IMG/VR virus record: IMGVR_UViG_3300049893_000899
Span: 31,356-95,355 of that record
Source of the DNA: a virus
Direction: 5' to 3' (one strand)
DNA: 64,000 nucleotides
The notes beneath the pieces are model-generated. The model was given only the letters and a program-made list of their open reading frames with translations, was not told the DNA's origin and searched no databases. Position numbers and translations under genes: made by a program. Positions 47,901 to 56,915 of the stretch are shown piece by piece (position 1 is the stretch's first letter; each line of letters opens with the position of its first letter).

Positions 47901-49323
47901 TTTCGTTATTTGAAGTGTCTTCTATGTTTATTATTTCAATCTTACTTACACTTGTTGGTGTTGAAGCAAAAAGAAGCTCAACAGAATCAAGACCAACCAA
48001 GGTAGCTGAAGTAGGGTTTTCAAACACTACATTAGTGCCCAATACATCTAAACTATAATTAGTTAATACAGTAAGGGTAGATTGGTCAACGGACTTATTG
48101 AACTTCAATACAATAGTCTTTTCATCCCCATTTGTTTCTGAAGCATTCTTTATGTAAGGCTCAGAATATAATCCAAAAGGAATTGATGTCAATCCAAATC
48201 TAGCGTCTCCATAAGGAACTTCTTCTATCTCATAATATACTTCAATATTGTTAGCTATAAGCTGAAGCTCTTGGTCAAACTTCCTTCCGCCATCAACAAG
48301 ATTACTATAAAATAGTACACCATCTTTTTGAGCAACATTCTTTGCCGACTCATAAGTAATACCTTCAGCTCTAAGCTCCTCTAAAGAAACAGGAGTTCTA
48401 TCTGTCTCTGTCCCATTATAAGTAAAAGTTATCTCGCTTGTAGTAATATTTATTAAAGGTAATGCTTCAGCGACAAAAGTATTCAACGATCCTGTTCTTC
48501 TTATTACAACAATTTCAAGGTAAGGAAATGATGTATCTATATTTTCTATATTTAGTCTTATAGACTTATTTACATTACCAAAATCATAATACTCTCCATC
48601 ATATTTATCTCTACCCTCAGAAACTCTATTGTCAACAATAGGAATTATATTTGATGGTATTCCATATGAAGTTGCATTTAATGATTCAGTTTTATACCTA
48701 GCTATAAACTGATATATACCTACATTTAAAGATCCACTGTCTTCTCTTATAACATCAAGCCTAACTGAAGGAATTGATATATTTGGAACAGCTTTAATGT
48801 TATCCGATATATCTCCAGTAACAGGAGGACTATCTAAAGATACTGAACCAAAATTCTTTGGATAGTCAGTAAAATATACAACACGTTCTCCAGTGAAAAG
48901 TTTTCTAGCCTCAATATCAATAGGTCTGGATTTGCTGAAGCCAAGTTCAGCGTTGACATCCGTATCTGTAGGGACTTTTCTTGTATAAAAGTTGTCAGCA
49001 TCAATAATCCCAATCTGACTGTTTCCAGAATCATCCGCAAGAGCCACGATAATATCGGAACCAAGAACAAAGTAACCGATAACACTAAATCCAGTTGGTA
49101 ATACTGCATCAATCTCAAGTGTTCCTTTTTCATTAACCATTGAAAATAGGTCTCTTCCATCTCCTTTATTTACAAAATTTTTAGCATGTCTATATTCAGT
49201 TCCTTGCAAATACAACTCAGAACCATTCTTATTCATTCCTCCAGTGAAAGTCTTTATCTCTACTTTGTTTGAAGAAGAGTTACGTCCACTAAGTAATTCT
49301 TTTAAATCATTAATATCTGCCAT
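44989..49323 (-). CDS. Tail muzzle / stabilisation protein
   Basis: 1444 aa; TFTGGMNK N-terminus; KTYRRGEVYSF, FGGDTFI, EKVFDN; crAssvirus synteny. Confidence 0.8.
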   Translation of the reverse strand: MADINDLKELLSGRNSSSNKVEIKTFTGGMNKNGSELYLQGTEYRHAKNFVNKGDGRDLFSMVNEKGTLEIDAVLPTGFSVIGYFVLGSDIIVALADDSGNSQIGIIDADNFYTRKVPTDTDVNAELGFSKSRPIDIEARKLFTGERVVYFTDYPKNFGSVSLDSPPVTGDISDNIKAVPNISIPSVRLDVIREDSGSLNVGIYQFIARYKTESLNATSYGIPSNIIPIVDNRVSEGRDKYDGEYYDFGNVNKSIRLNIENIDTSFPYLEIVVIRRTGSLNTFVAEALPLINITTSEITFTYNGTETDRTPVSLEELRAEGITYESAKNVAQKDGVLFYSNLVDGGRKFDQELQLIANNIEVYYEIEEVPYGDARFGLTSIPFGLYSEPYIKNASETNGDEKTIVLKFNKSVDQSTLTVLTNYSLDVLGTNVVFENPTSATLVGLDSVELLFASTPTSVSKIEIINIEDTSNNETYDSGGYISVYGSIITTESNILTEDSFLDYKNEQMTHYKKTYRRGEVYSFSFDVNFNNGNKTLCFHIPGNDKSTNLTTDADTITGKLGTYVSTKEYPPNQNYPGVGPEYDESFGLITSFVRHHKMPTLEQEPHYRNDGSGVLIRLIKLKFKFNEEIPEHIAKEIQSITIRRERRNVIENKSILAQGIVHQYVKTSSDINADGNHLNTIYKKMPFFNNTSITIANESVTGDPSVAFKYETGVNDKMAFHSPDTDLIEFNPNEANGAKIKPVAKIFGNKEYVKKEYSKTLAEFFVAWGEANYHKYMAFWMYCIYNDIDIVSLDGEDIIKSNFIQQNSISQPDGLDFKLDNQDTSRHLFLKTSVALPSGSGVSSNVEIVFGGDLSIGTGGLNNNPDQMNYSSYNENYLYNIELNNTAQYGDIGNSEYVHCITSRTLPINSGDEIVDVFGGDTFIGAYSVRNCDIYYHRGLSRSAQGLLGVTVEKGYYDNTTSQVGAYQKGADFRSFSYFIVESNVNTEYRHKYIDRTDEDNPIAEPTYFPLDSAIDVLSVQVQEGDSRGYNTLYSYEDNIITNFTRGNTESSAGNYETRIIYSDKAFETERRDSFKVFPVNNFHDLPKHTGPITNTFVHANTLFSHTPKALWRHYVGDVVREATSIGDIVMGPGGMFTNPSKMVVDSTGGYGGCVNKYGCIETPFGFFFPDLLQNKMFILLGEKLEDIGVSTMSSFFEKNMNIDMFTGSVVNDNPFSGIGYSAGYDPLLNRVIISKVSGESSFTYSYSFYSGKFISEHDYIGSCYINRDLNMYSFIPDNTSMWHHNKGDYGSFYGNLYPSSITVEFVEEPFYEKVFDNVVVKSKSFNNDKRIELDTFNSCDFYTKNRRSGEIGLVVGNKFPMTLPNDQRKITFTKDKYHMSIPLDAVMDYGNDIFNNSNIDFNKMFKTRLKGSSLFTTFTYDNNDNYKFVLDLIGISYRINHG

Positions 49324-49325
49324 AA

Positions 49326-50171
49326 TTAAATTCTTTTACCAAAGTCAAAGTTCTCAGGTCTGCCCACCTCGTTGAAGTCACTATAAAAAGAATAATTATC
49401 AATCTTTAATGTTAACCATATATTCTTAAGCTGCTCTAACATCTCTAGGTCTGGAGCATTTGCTTCAGCTCTAGCTTGTAAACAATACTTGTTCCACATA
49501 CTTCTAACAAGCATAAAATCATTCAAAGCTCTGCTTTTAAATTCAAATCCCCTTATATTTAATTGGTAAACCGTTCTCCAGAATAAGGCATCAAAAAACG
49601 ATACATGATCAGGAACCATTGGGAATCCATCACAGTCAACAGGAAAAGATAAATACTCTATTGTAACGAATCCAGTTTGAAACATAGTTCTTATTGTTCC
49701 ATTATGAATCTTGTAATCGTTATTATAGCCTATCGTGTCGTTTGTAGCTCCGTTAAGGATTCTTTCGTTTCCGTGCATATATTTCCCAGTATGGTCATAT
49801 CTATCAATCTTATCGTATTCTACATACATAAGATCGCGAATAACATCCATTGGAATATTTGTTTCAATATCTCCATTTGTAACACCGGCTTCAAATAGAA
49901 GTTTGTCAATGTTTACACTGTTTTTTGGAGATGCTTTAATTGTTCTAGTAACCCTAATAAGATTAAAGAAGTCACAAGGAAGCTTAGCCATGTAGTTATC
50001 AACCACAAGGTTTACTTTCTTTGGTTCCATTTGGTAGTAAGTACCAATATGCTTTAACGCTTCAGCAGACCATTCTACAATGTCATGCCAAGGTAATTCT
50101 CTTTCGCCAATTCCAAGATCCCTTCCAATCTTACTTATGACTTCTTTAATGCTTGTTAGTTTATAAATCAT
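49326..50171 (-). CDS. Tail ring (tubular) protein
   Basis: W..EAL..IG, KLPCDF, EY.SFPVD.DGFPMVPD; located upstream of the muzzle gene. Confidence 0.75.
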   Translation of the reverse strand: MIYKLTSIKEVISKIGRDLGIGERELPWHDIVEWSAEALKHIGTYYQMEPKKVNLVVDNYMAKLPCDFFNLIRVTRTIKASPKNSVNIDKLLFEAGVTNGDIETNIPMDVIRDLMYVEYDKIDRYDHTGKYMHGNERILNGATNDTIGYNNDYKIHNGTIRTMFQTGFVTIEYLSFPVDCDGFPMVPDHVSFFDALFWRTVYQLNIRGFEFKSRALNDFMLVRSMWNKYCLQARAEANAPDLEMLEQLKNIWLTLKIDNYSFYSDFNEVGRPENFDFGKRI

Positions 50172-50710
50172 GGCCTATATACGGTAACGTCTCTATATCT
50201 TTTATAGAAGTTTTTTATTTTAAGTTTCTCTTTCAACTTCTCTCTACTAAATTTATTTAACTTGAAAGTAAAGAAGAACATTGAATTGTGATCTTTCCTC
50301 TTCTTGAACCACTTGCTCTTAAAAGAAAACCCATCGAACTCAGTGTTATCTATGTAAACCTTTCTTCCAAACTCTTTAGTTTTATTGAAGTCTAAAGGAG
50401 CAATCATATCTCCAGTAGCAGACATCTTAAATCCTTTTGTCTTCAATATGTATAACCAACCAAGTTTGTAAGGCAGGTTTATAACAGCACCATTTAACAT
50501 TTCTTCAAGGATCTCTTCATTCAATATCCTTCTAACGTTAGCTAGTTCTGTTTTAGTAAACCTGAACTTCTTTTGACCTTCTTTGTACTTCTTGTAGTAA
50601 ACACATCCATTTGCTGAAGTTACTCTTGTTCTTGTAGACCTACTCTTCATGTAGTGATCAGCAAACTTTGTGTGTGTTGTTTTCCTTGTTTTTTTCTCTT
50701 TCTGTTCCAT
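50168..50710 (-). CDS. IHF/HU-like DNA-binding protein
   Basis: Basic protein; INLPYKLGWLYI.K; conserved position in crAss-like tail modules. Confidence 0.65.
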   Translation of the reverse strand: MEQKEKKTRKTTHTKFADHYMKSRSTRTRVTSANGCVYYKKYKEGQKKFRFTKTELANVRRILNEEILEEMLNGAVINLPYKLGWLYILKTKGFKMSATGDMIAPLDFNKTKEFGRKVYIDNTEFDGFSFKSKWFKKRKDHNSMFFFTFKLNKFSREKLKEKLKIKNFYKRYRDVTVYRP

Positions 50711-50717
50711 CTATAAA

Positions 50718-51404
50718 TTAATTAGTGTCTATACCATCGTTAACAGTATCTGGTGGCACTGTCAACTGCATTCTCATTTCCACGTTAGCAACCATAGACA
50801 TAAGCCTATCCATATTACTAGCTTCAAAAGGATATTCATAATTAAATCCTACATTACAAGGCTCATTGTTGTCTGGACAATCACAAGTTCTAAACTTATT
50901 AGCCTTTGTAGGATCCTCAAATATTCCTTGAATATTAATGTAAGATAATAAGCCTCTAGGATTAACTATGTAAATATAACCATCAGCATAAAACCATCTA
51001 GGCTCTTTGTTGGTATACTTTCTGAAGCTATCCCAGTATATGTTAGAATATGTTGTTTCTTGATATCTTGGAGCATCTAAACCAAGCTCTCCAACATACA
51101 TAAATCCTGTACTCTTTTCTTTTGGAGCTATTGTAGCCGGGAGTTCAAACTTAGTTCTAAGAACACATCCATATCCATCGCAACCACACCCTGAAGGATC
51201 AACTTCAATAAGCTCAACCTTCCCTAAGTTCTGTATTACATCAGTAGATATTTGGCTACTCTTAGAAGCGTCTTGTTTTAGTATTACAGCTCTGTAATAG
51301 TTAACTATAAAGGCCCATTGTCTGTCTGATATCTTTTCATCATCAGAAGTATGTCCGCCTGCCTTTAAGTTTTTTATGTTATATATTATCTCGCTAAGAA
51401 GCAT
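50718..51404 (-). CDS. Tail ring/adaptor protein
   Basis: Start is likely ATG at 51404 (MLLSEIIY); YYRA..LKQ, DGYIY, I.GIFEDP, EYP. Confidence 0.7.
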   Translation of the reverse strand: MLLSEIIYNIKNLKAGGHTSDDEKISDRQWAFIVNYYRAVILKQDASKSSQISTDVIQNLGKVELIEVDPSGCGCDGYGCVLRTKFELPATIAPKEKSTGFMYVGELGLDAPRYQETTYSNIYWDSFRKYTNKEPRWFYADGYIYIVNPRGLLSYINIQGIFEDPTKANKFRTCDCPDNNEPCNVGFNYEYPFEASNMDRLMSMVANVEMRMQLTVPPDTVNDGIDTN

Positions 51405-51553
51405 ATCTTTAATGTTCAATAATTTAATTACGAAATTTAATGAAAAAAAACTAAAAATCTTAATGTTAATATTTTTAATTAAAATCAAAAGTAATGTTTT
51501 GTTTTTTTTAATAAACGCTTTTTATTATTCGGTAAATTTACCATATTTACTTC

Positions 51554-52240
51554 ATGAAAAATTCAGTTATACTAAATAGTTCTGATCGCGAGTTATTCGG
51601 AACAATAATAAGACAAGATACGAAAACACAAATGTTAAGTGTTTCAGATTTACAAAAAGCTTATGAAAAAGGAAGATGGCAATATGGTTGGACTGGGCAA
51701 ACAATAAGTCAACTAATGCTTACTGATGAATTGGCTAAAAAGTGCTACGGAGTGCTTCTTGAGTGCGATCTGGTAAAATGCGACATGTCGAATTTTATGG
51801 AAATGGTAAAAAATAGCAGCCTTATAGTTGTTTTAAAAAAACTAGAAGCATATAAAGTAACAGGAAGAGGAGACAATAAACAAATATTTGCTCACCCATA
51901 TATTTTTGTTACAATAGCAATAGAGTTGAATTATATTTTATATGGAAAGGTTATAAAATGGATTTCAGACAGCCTTATTTTCAACAGAATAGAAGCAGGC
52001 GTACTATATCAACCAATGAATTCAGCTATAAAGTCAATCATAAATAATCCTGACTATTCAAAATATGCAATATTAATAAACAAAAAAATATTCGGGCAAC
52101 ATATAACAGGAATGAGAAATATGGCTTCAGCTAAAGAATTAAAGTCGATAGCTAAATTAGAAGAAACCGTAACGAAAGCTATTGAGATGGGATGGGTTAA
52201 AAATGAAGAAGATTTAATTAATGCAATAAACAACTTGTAA
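51554..52240 (+). CDS. KilA-N domain protein
   Basis: IIRQDTKTQMLSVSDL...GRG...FAHPYIFVTIA.EL...VIKW; counter-oriented within the virion module. Confidence 0.8.
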   Translation: MKNSVILNSSDRELFGTIIRQDTKTQMLSVSDLQKAYEKGRWQYGWTGQTISQLMLTDELAKKCYGVLLECDLVKCDMSNFMEMVKNSSLIVVLKKLEAYKVTGRGDNKQIFAHPYIFVTIAIELNYILYGKVIKWISDSLIFNRIEAGVLYQPMNSAIKSIINNPDYSKYAILINKKIFGQHITGMRNMASAKELKSIAKLEETVTKAIEMGWVKNEEDLINAINNL

Positions 52241-52244
52241 TATT

Positions 52245-52388
52245 ATGACAGATAAACAGAAAAGAGATAAAATAATCCTAGAGATCAGCACGATAAGAAA
52301 AAATCTAAGGATTGCTATAGACAAAAAGATGTGGAGTTACGTAGATTCACAGATACAAAGATTAGTTGCTCTTGAGAGTAAGATATAA
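52245..52388 (+). CDS. Small hypothetical protein (47 aa), missed by the ORF track
   Basis: MTDKQKRDKIILEISTIRKNLRIAIDKKMWSYVDSQIQRLVALESKI; fills the gap between KilA-N and the terminator. Confidence 0.5.
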   Translation: MTDKQKRDKIILEISTIRKNLRIAIDKKMWSYVDSQIQRLVALESKI

Positions 52389-52416
52389 AAAAAGCCTATC
52401 AAATGATAGGCTTTTT
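52387..52416. terminator. Bidirectional terminator
   Basis: AAAAAAGCCTATCA-AA-TGATAGGCTTTTT inverted repeat between convergent genes. Confidence 0.85.
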
Positions 52417-52436
52417 ATTTTTAGTAAACCAAATGA

Positions 52437-53702
52437 TTACAAAGAAGCAATCTCAGTAAACCCTAAAACACCATTGAAATATCCATTTAAGATATCCAAG
52501 AAGTTGTCTCCTGAGTTAGTAAATTGAGCTGTTCCTGTAGGAGCAAACAAATGAATTGCAATTGGATTTTGCTTCAAGTGCATGAAGTCACCTCTATTGA
52601 TTGTGTCTGCCTCAATGTTAATTACAGAGTAAGTTGCATTGAAGTCAACAGCAGACTGAGGGTTGATTTTTGAATCATACCATTCAGTTCTTGAAGTAAC
52701 ACCACTATAACCTTGAGCAAAGAACTCATAGTCATAAACCTGTCTTGGAGTACCAACACCACCAAATGCAGGAGTAGCAACAGTTTTGATAACTGGAGTT
52801 TGAGTGTCTAATGGATTAGATTCAACAAACACTGCATCGAAATCAGTATACTCAAAAGTATCAATTCCGTTCCATTTAACAGTTTGAGAAACTAATTTGA
52901 AACCAAACTTAGTTGAACCAGTAACAGTTACTTTTCCAGTAGAACCAGATGATAAAGTAGTAGACGTTCCGTTGTAAGGAGAATCTAACTTAACAACAGT
53001 TGAACTGATAACGCTAGATACTAAATAAGTAGCATCAGTAGTAGCCGTACCAAAACGAACAACATCACCAACAGCTAAACCATGAGCGCCACCGTAAGTA
53101 ACATATTTACTTCCTTTAACTACAGTTGCAGTTTGAGCGATATCAACATCAGCACTGTCAGCAACAACACATAAGTCAACGAATCTTCCGTCATTTAAAG
53201 ACTTGTTAGTTCCGTTTTGAACTCTTGTGTAGAATAACTTTAAGATGTCGTAAGCTAATTCTGATCTTGTAGCAGAAACACCAGTTACAACATTGAATAA
53301 TTCACGAGTCTGTTTTTGATCGTAAATTCTCTTGTCGTCTAACATTAATACATTTAATGTGTACTCAGTTTCATCAGCAATGTTGATGTTACCAGTAGTA
53401 CCATTATATCCTAAGTAAACTGTCTTTAAAGTAGGAGCAGCATAAGCAGCAGACTCATATTTAGTAACAGCAGAACCTTGGATTGGAGCAGATAAACGGA
53501 AAGTACCGTCACCAGTTCCTTGTGCAACGAAAACTTTACCAGCAGCCGGAATTGAAGCAGCAGCAGAAGCAGTCGTAACAATAGACATATCCTCTTTTAA
53601 CAAGAATAAGTCACCCTTTTTGATTCCAGGTAGAGTGGTAACACCGTTAGTGTTTGCGCCATCTCCAATACCTACGAAATTAACTCTCGAGAAATTTGAC
53701 AT
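52437..53702 (-). CDS. Auxiliary capsid (decoration) protein
   Basis: 421 aa; codon bias resembling the MCP; G.G...QV...E...GY.G motif; crAssvirus synteny. Confidence 0.65.
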   Translation of the reverse strand: MSNFSRVNFVGIGDGANTNGVTTLPGIKKGDLFLLKEDMSIVTTASAAASIPAAGKVFVAQGTGDGTFRLSAPIQGSAVTKYESAAYAAPTLKTVYLGYNGTTGNINIADETEYTLNVLMLDDKRIYDQKQTRELFNVVTGVSATRSELAYDILKLFYTRVQNGTNKSLNDGRFVDLCVVADSADVDIAQTATVVKGSKYVTYGGAHGLAVGDVVRFGTATTDATYLVSSVISSTVVKLDSPYNGTSTTLSSGSTGKVTVTGSTKFGFKLVSQTVKWNGIDTFEYTDFDAVFVESNPLDTQTPVIKTVATPAFGGVGTPRQVYDYEFFAQGYSGVTSRTEWYDSKINPQSAVDFNATYSVINIEADTINRGDFMHLKQNPIAIHLFAPTGTAQFTNSGDNFLDILNGYFNGVLGFTEIASL

Positions 53703-53721
53703 ATATTTAAATTTAGATTAC

Positions 53722-54402
53722 TTATTCAACCAATCCACCTTGGACTGATATTGTCTTTACTCTGTCCGACTGTATTATTTCTATTGCCATAGCAATAGCG
53801 GTCTGTATAATTTCTCTGTGTGTATGCTGAGCTAACGAAAACTCAACAACATCTCCACCATAAGTTCCTACATTTACATTTTGAGGATACTTGAAATAAG
53901 TTAATTTAACCTTAGGAATTTCAAACGTTCCATCAGATTCTAAAATAATATTATCCCCCTCAAAATACAATATAGGCTCCAAGTCATAAGGCTTATTAAA
54001 AGGATCATTTACAATTTCTGTATAATCATCCTGTTGTATTAAGTTTACCTTTGACAAATAAGGCAGGCAGTTTGCCTTTTTAACAACTGCCATAGCCTTA
54101 TCGTAGATCATATAATTATCTGGCAAGACAACAATATATGAGTGAGTGCCGTAATCATCCACAACTTTAGTAGAGGCAATTTCAGAAGTAACGATAATCT
54201 TTCTAAGGTCTTCAGTTCTCTTCTGGCCATATTCGTTACCCGTCTTATAGATGTTATTACCTCCATATCTAGTCTTAATAAAAGACTCTTGAGCATTGCT
54301 TAGATGTAGGTCAATAACCTCAGCAGGAAGCTCTGTTATCTGTCCAGAACTCTGCTTATCTATTCCAACAAGGAACTCTATATGTGCTTCTCCTATATTC
54401 AT
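53722..54402 (-). CDS. Head-tail ring protein
   Basis: IDL.L..AQ..FIK, E..QKRTEDLR.I, LTY.KYP, H.EII..A. Confidence 0.7.
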   Translation of the reverse strand: MNIGEAHIEFLVGIDKQSSGQITELPAEVIDLHLSNAQESFIKTRYGGNNIYKTGNEYGQKRTEDLRKIIVTSEIASTKVVDDYGTHSYIVVLPDNYMIYDKAMAVVKKANCLPYLSKVNLIQQDDYTEIVNDPFNKPYDLEPILYFEGDNIILESDGTFEIPKVKLTYFKYPQNVNVGTYGGDVVEFSLAQHTHREIIQTAIAMAIEIIQSDRVKTISVQGGLVE

Positions 54403-55355
54403 TATGGCATAAATTCTTGTGGCTCAACATCAGCAGGGCTACTATCATCAGTAGCTACTTCCTTTTTAAGAGAAGGCTTCTTGTTTGCCGTTCTTGATTT
54501 TAATACTTCATTCATTGTTGCTACCGTTTCTTTTGAAGCTTCAATGATTTCATCAGTAACAATCTTAGTTGCTTTCGTTGAAGCTTGCTCTAAGGCAGCT
54601 TTAATATACTGTAATGTTCCAGAGTTCTCAGGCTTCATTAAACTAGTAACAGTGTTCTCTAATCCAAACCCTAAAGCCTCTCCATTGAAGTATATTGTGC
54701 TATTATCAATATGTGCCTTATCTTTTCTAAGTACACCAAACTGAATAGCTTTAACAACTACAATTTTATATTTCAAAGTCTTATCTGACGCGATAGAGAT
54801 AAACTTCTTAGTATCTGAATCTATTAGTTTACCTATCATGCCGTCGATAGTATCTATTGCATCCTCTCTTAGGTTTTTAACATTATGTCCAGCTACAGCT
54901 AAGATATCAATCATATCATTTACAGATAATGAATTGTAGATCTCTACAGCTTTATTTCTATCTCTGAACGATAACGCTTCATTCTTATGAACTTCTTTCT
55001 CTTGATAGATTACAAACAATTTGTTAGGAGATGTGTTTGACTTGTCAATACCATCAGCAACAAGTTTGTGTGCCTTCAAGAATTTAATTGCTAATTCATC
55101 ATCAGGAATACTCTCGTCAAACTCTCTAGTTTCTCCAGCAAGTAAAACATAGAAATCATCCCAATAAACTGAATTAGGTGCTAAATGTAATTTAGGTAGA
55201 TTCATCTTCTCCTCTAATACCCTAGCGTCTTCTTCTGTTAACCCGGTAACAGGGTGTCCGTACTTTCCTAGAACTGGCCCGATCTTGTCTGATGCTAAAT
55301 CAAACTTCTCTTTACCTGCCCAAGTCTTTCTTGTAACTCTTTTTAATTTATACAT
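54402..55355 (-). CDS. Conserved crAss-like protein downstream of the MCP
   Basis: Start is likely ATG at 55355 (MYKLKR); TGL.EE...LE, YW..F. Confidence 0.65.
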   Translation of the reverse strand: MYKLKRVTRKTWAGKEKFDLASDKIGPVLGKYGHPVTGLTEEDARVLEEKMNLPKLHLAPNSVYWDDFYVLLAGETREFDESIPDDELAIKFLKAHKLVADGIDKSNTSPNKLFVIYQEKEVHKNEALSFRDRNKAVEIYNSLSVNDMIDILAVAGHNVKNLREDAIDTIDGMIGKLIDSDTKKFISIASDKTLKYKIVVVKAIQFGVLRKDKAHIDNSTIYFNGEALGFGLENTVTSLMKPENSGTLQYIKAALEQASTKATKIVTDEIIEASKETVATMNEVLKSRTANKKPSLKKEVATDDSSPADVEPQEFMP

Positions 55356-55387
55356 ATTCTTTCTTCTAACTTTTTTCAAATATAAAA

Positions 55388-55415
55388 CAAAGAAAGGACT
55401 TTCGCCCTTTCTTTG
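55388..55415 (-). terminator. Terminator after the major capsid gene
   Basis: Minus strand CAAAGAAAGGGC-GAAA-GTCCTTTCTTTG followed by TTTT. Confidence 0.75.
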
Positions 55416-55427
55416 AGTATTTTTTTA

Positions 55428-56894
55428 TTATTCAGCCATCATGATCAACTCACCACAAGAAGTAGGGTCTTGAACTTGAACACCAAATTCCGCAAGGAAG
55501 TGAACATCGTAACCATCTTTACCTGTAGCTCTTGATTGATTAAGAGACTTAGCAACACCTGAATATGGATCAGTAGAACCTGCAACATGCCAGTAAGCCA
55601 TTTCAGAATCTTTAGAAACAATCTTACGAATGTTAGAAACACCGTCTTTTCTACCGAAGTTTAAGATGGTGAATCTGTAAGACTCTAAAGGTTTCTTAGT
55701 AACTGGATGTAATTGTCTGTTACGAATAACATCATCGTAAGGAGCGAATTCTTTAACAGTTAACTTGATACCATTCATGAACTCTACAGTTTTGAAATAA
55801 CCAGTTAAAACTAACTCAGAACCAGAACCATTGATGAAAGTACCAGAGTTAGTAACAGTAATGTTATTCCCTTTAGCGTATTCACGAATAGCTCTATCAA
55901 ACTCACGCATACCCATTTTACCAGTTAAGGCAACAAAGTGAGTATCACCACCCCATTGAGTAGCATTGTAAGATAAATCCAATAAGAAATCATCTAACAA
56001 GTTGTAAGTCATCTTAGTGTAGAAACGAATGTTAGAAGCTGCAATTTGTTGACGAATACCAGCACCGTGGAAAATTGGTCTTGCATTTTGTCCTTTTAAA
56101 GAAACTTCACCTTGAGCGTTTTTATTGTAAACAGAGTAGATCATAGATCTGTCTTGCTCACGATACCACTCACCCATTGCTGTCCACTCAGTTAACTTAG
56201 ACCACATTTTAGTCTTGTTACCTTGAGCATCTTGCAATTCGATAACCATAACTGCATTATGCGCGTTACGAGTTACGTTGTAAGTCTTACGTAAAGTAGA
56301 AATTTGGTTCTTTAATTTGAACGGTGTAGAGAACGCTACGCCTCCTCCTTTGTCAGAATACTCTTCAACAGTAGTGTAGTCTTTAGAGAATCTAGCACCT
56401 TTGCTAATCATAGCGATATCAACAAAGTAAGTAGGATCTGGATTATTGTGAACACAAGTATAAACCCATCCTAAACCATCTTGATATGGCTCTTCAACGA
56501 TATGGTATTGAACTTGGTCGTCAGCAACGATGTTATCGTTAATGTCAAACCATTTCTCTTCCATTACAATTCTGAAACGAGTATTACCGTAACCAGGAGT
56601 TCCACTAACAGCGTCAGGAGAATCTTCTAATACATTGATTACTCTCTCAGTTTGAGAATGTAAATCCCAAGTGTACTCACGACCATTGATAGTCTGAGTG
56701 TTTTTTAAACCACCAGTTAATAACGAAAGAACGTTATCACCAGCCTTGTAACCATGAGCATAAGATAAGATTGAACCAACCTTATCTGGAGCTGTTAAGT
56801 AAGCGTTCGCTAAATGATTAGACTCAACAAGACCTGTAAAATCTCTTGAAGAGTAAATCTGTAGCGGACTAATTTGCTGTTTACCTAAAGACAT
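55428..56894 (-). CDS. Major capsid protein (crAss-like)
   Basis: 488 aa; strong codon bias; NHL, GAGIRQQI, LTGKMGM..F, P..K.P.ESYR, D.TSCGEL; follows portal and scaffold. Confidence 0.9.
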   Translation of the reverse strand: MSLGKQQISPLQIYSSRDFTGLVESNHLANAYLTAPDKVGSILSYAHGYKAGDNVLSLLTGGLKNTQTINGREYTWDLHSQTERVINVLEDSPDAVSGTPGYGNTRFRIVMEEKWFDINDNIVADDQVQYHIVEEPYQDGLGWVYTCVHNNPDPTYFVDIAMISKGARFSKDYTTVEEYSDKGGGVAFSTPFKLKNQISTLRKTYNVTRNAHNAVMVIELQDAQGNKTKMWSKLTEWTAMGEWYREQDRSMIYSVYNKNAQGEVSLKGQNARPIFHGAGIRQQIAASNIRFYTKMTYNLLDDFLLDLSYNATQWGGDTHFVALTGKMGMREFDRAIREYAKGNNITVTNSGTFINGSGSELVLTGYFKTVEFMNGIKLTVKEFAPYDDVIRNRQLHPVTKKPLESYRFTILNFGRKDGVSNIRKIVSKDSEMAYWHVAGSTDPYSGVAKSLNQSRATGKDGYDVHFLAEFGVQVQDPTSCGELIMMAE

Positions 56895-56915
56895 ATATTT
56901 AACTTAATTTAATTA

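Noticed and set aside
55377-55384. Bacteroidota -7 promoter element TATATTTG on the minus strand
   Set aside because: It matches TAnnTTTG but overlaps the terminator tail, and in such AT-rich DNA a single match is too weak to call
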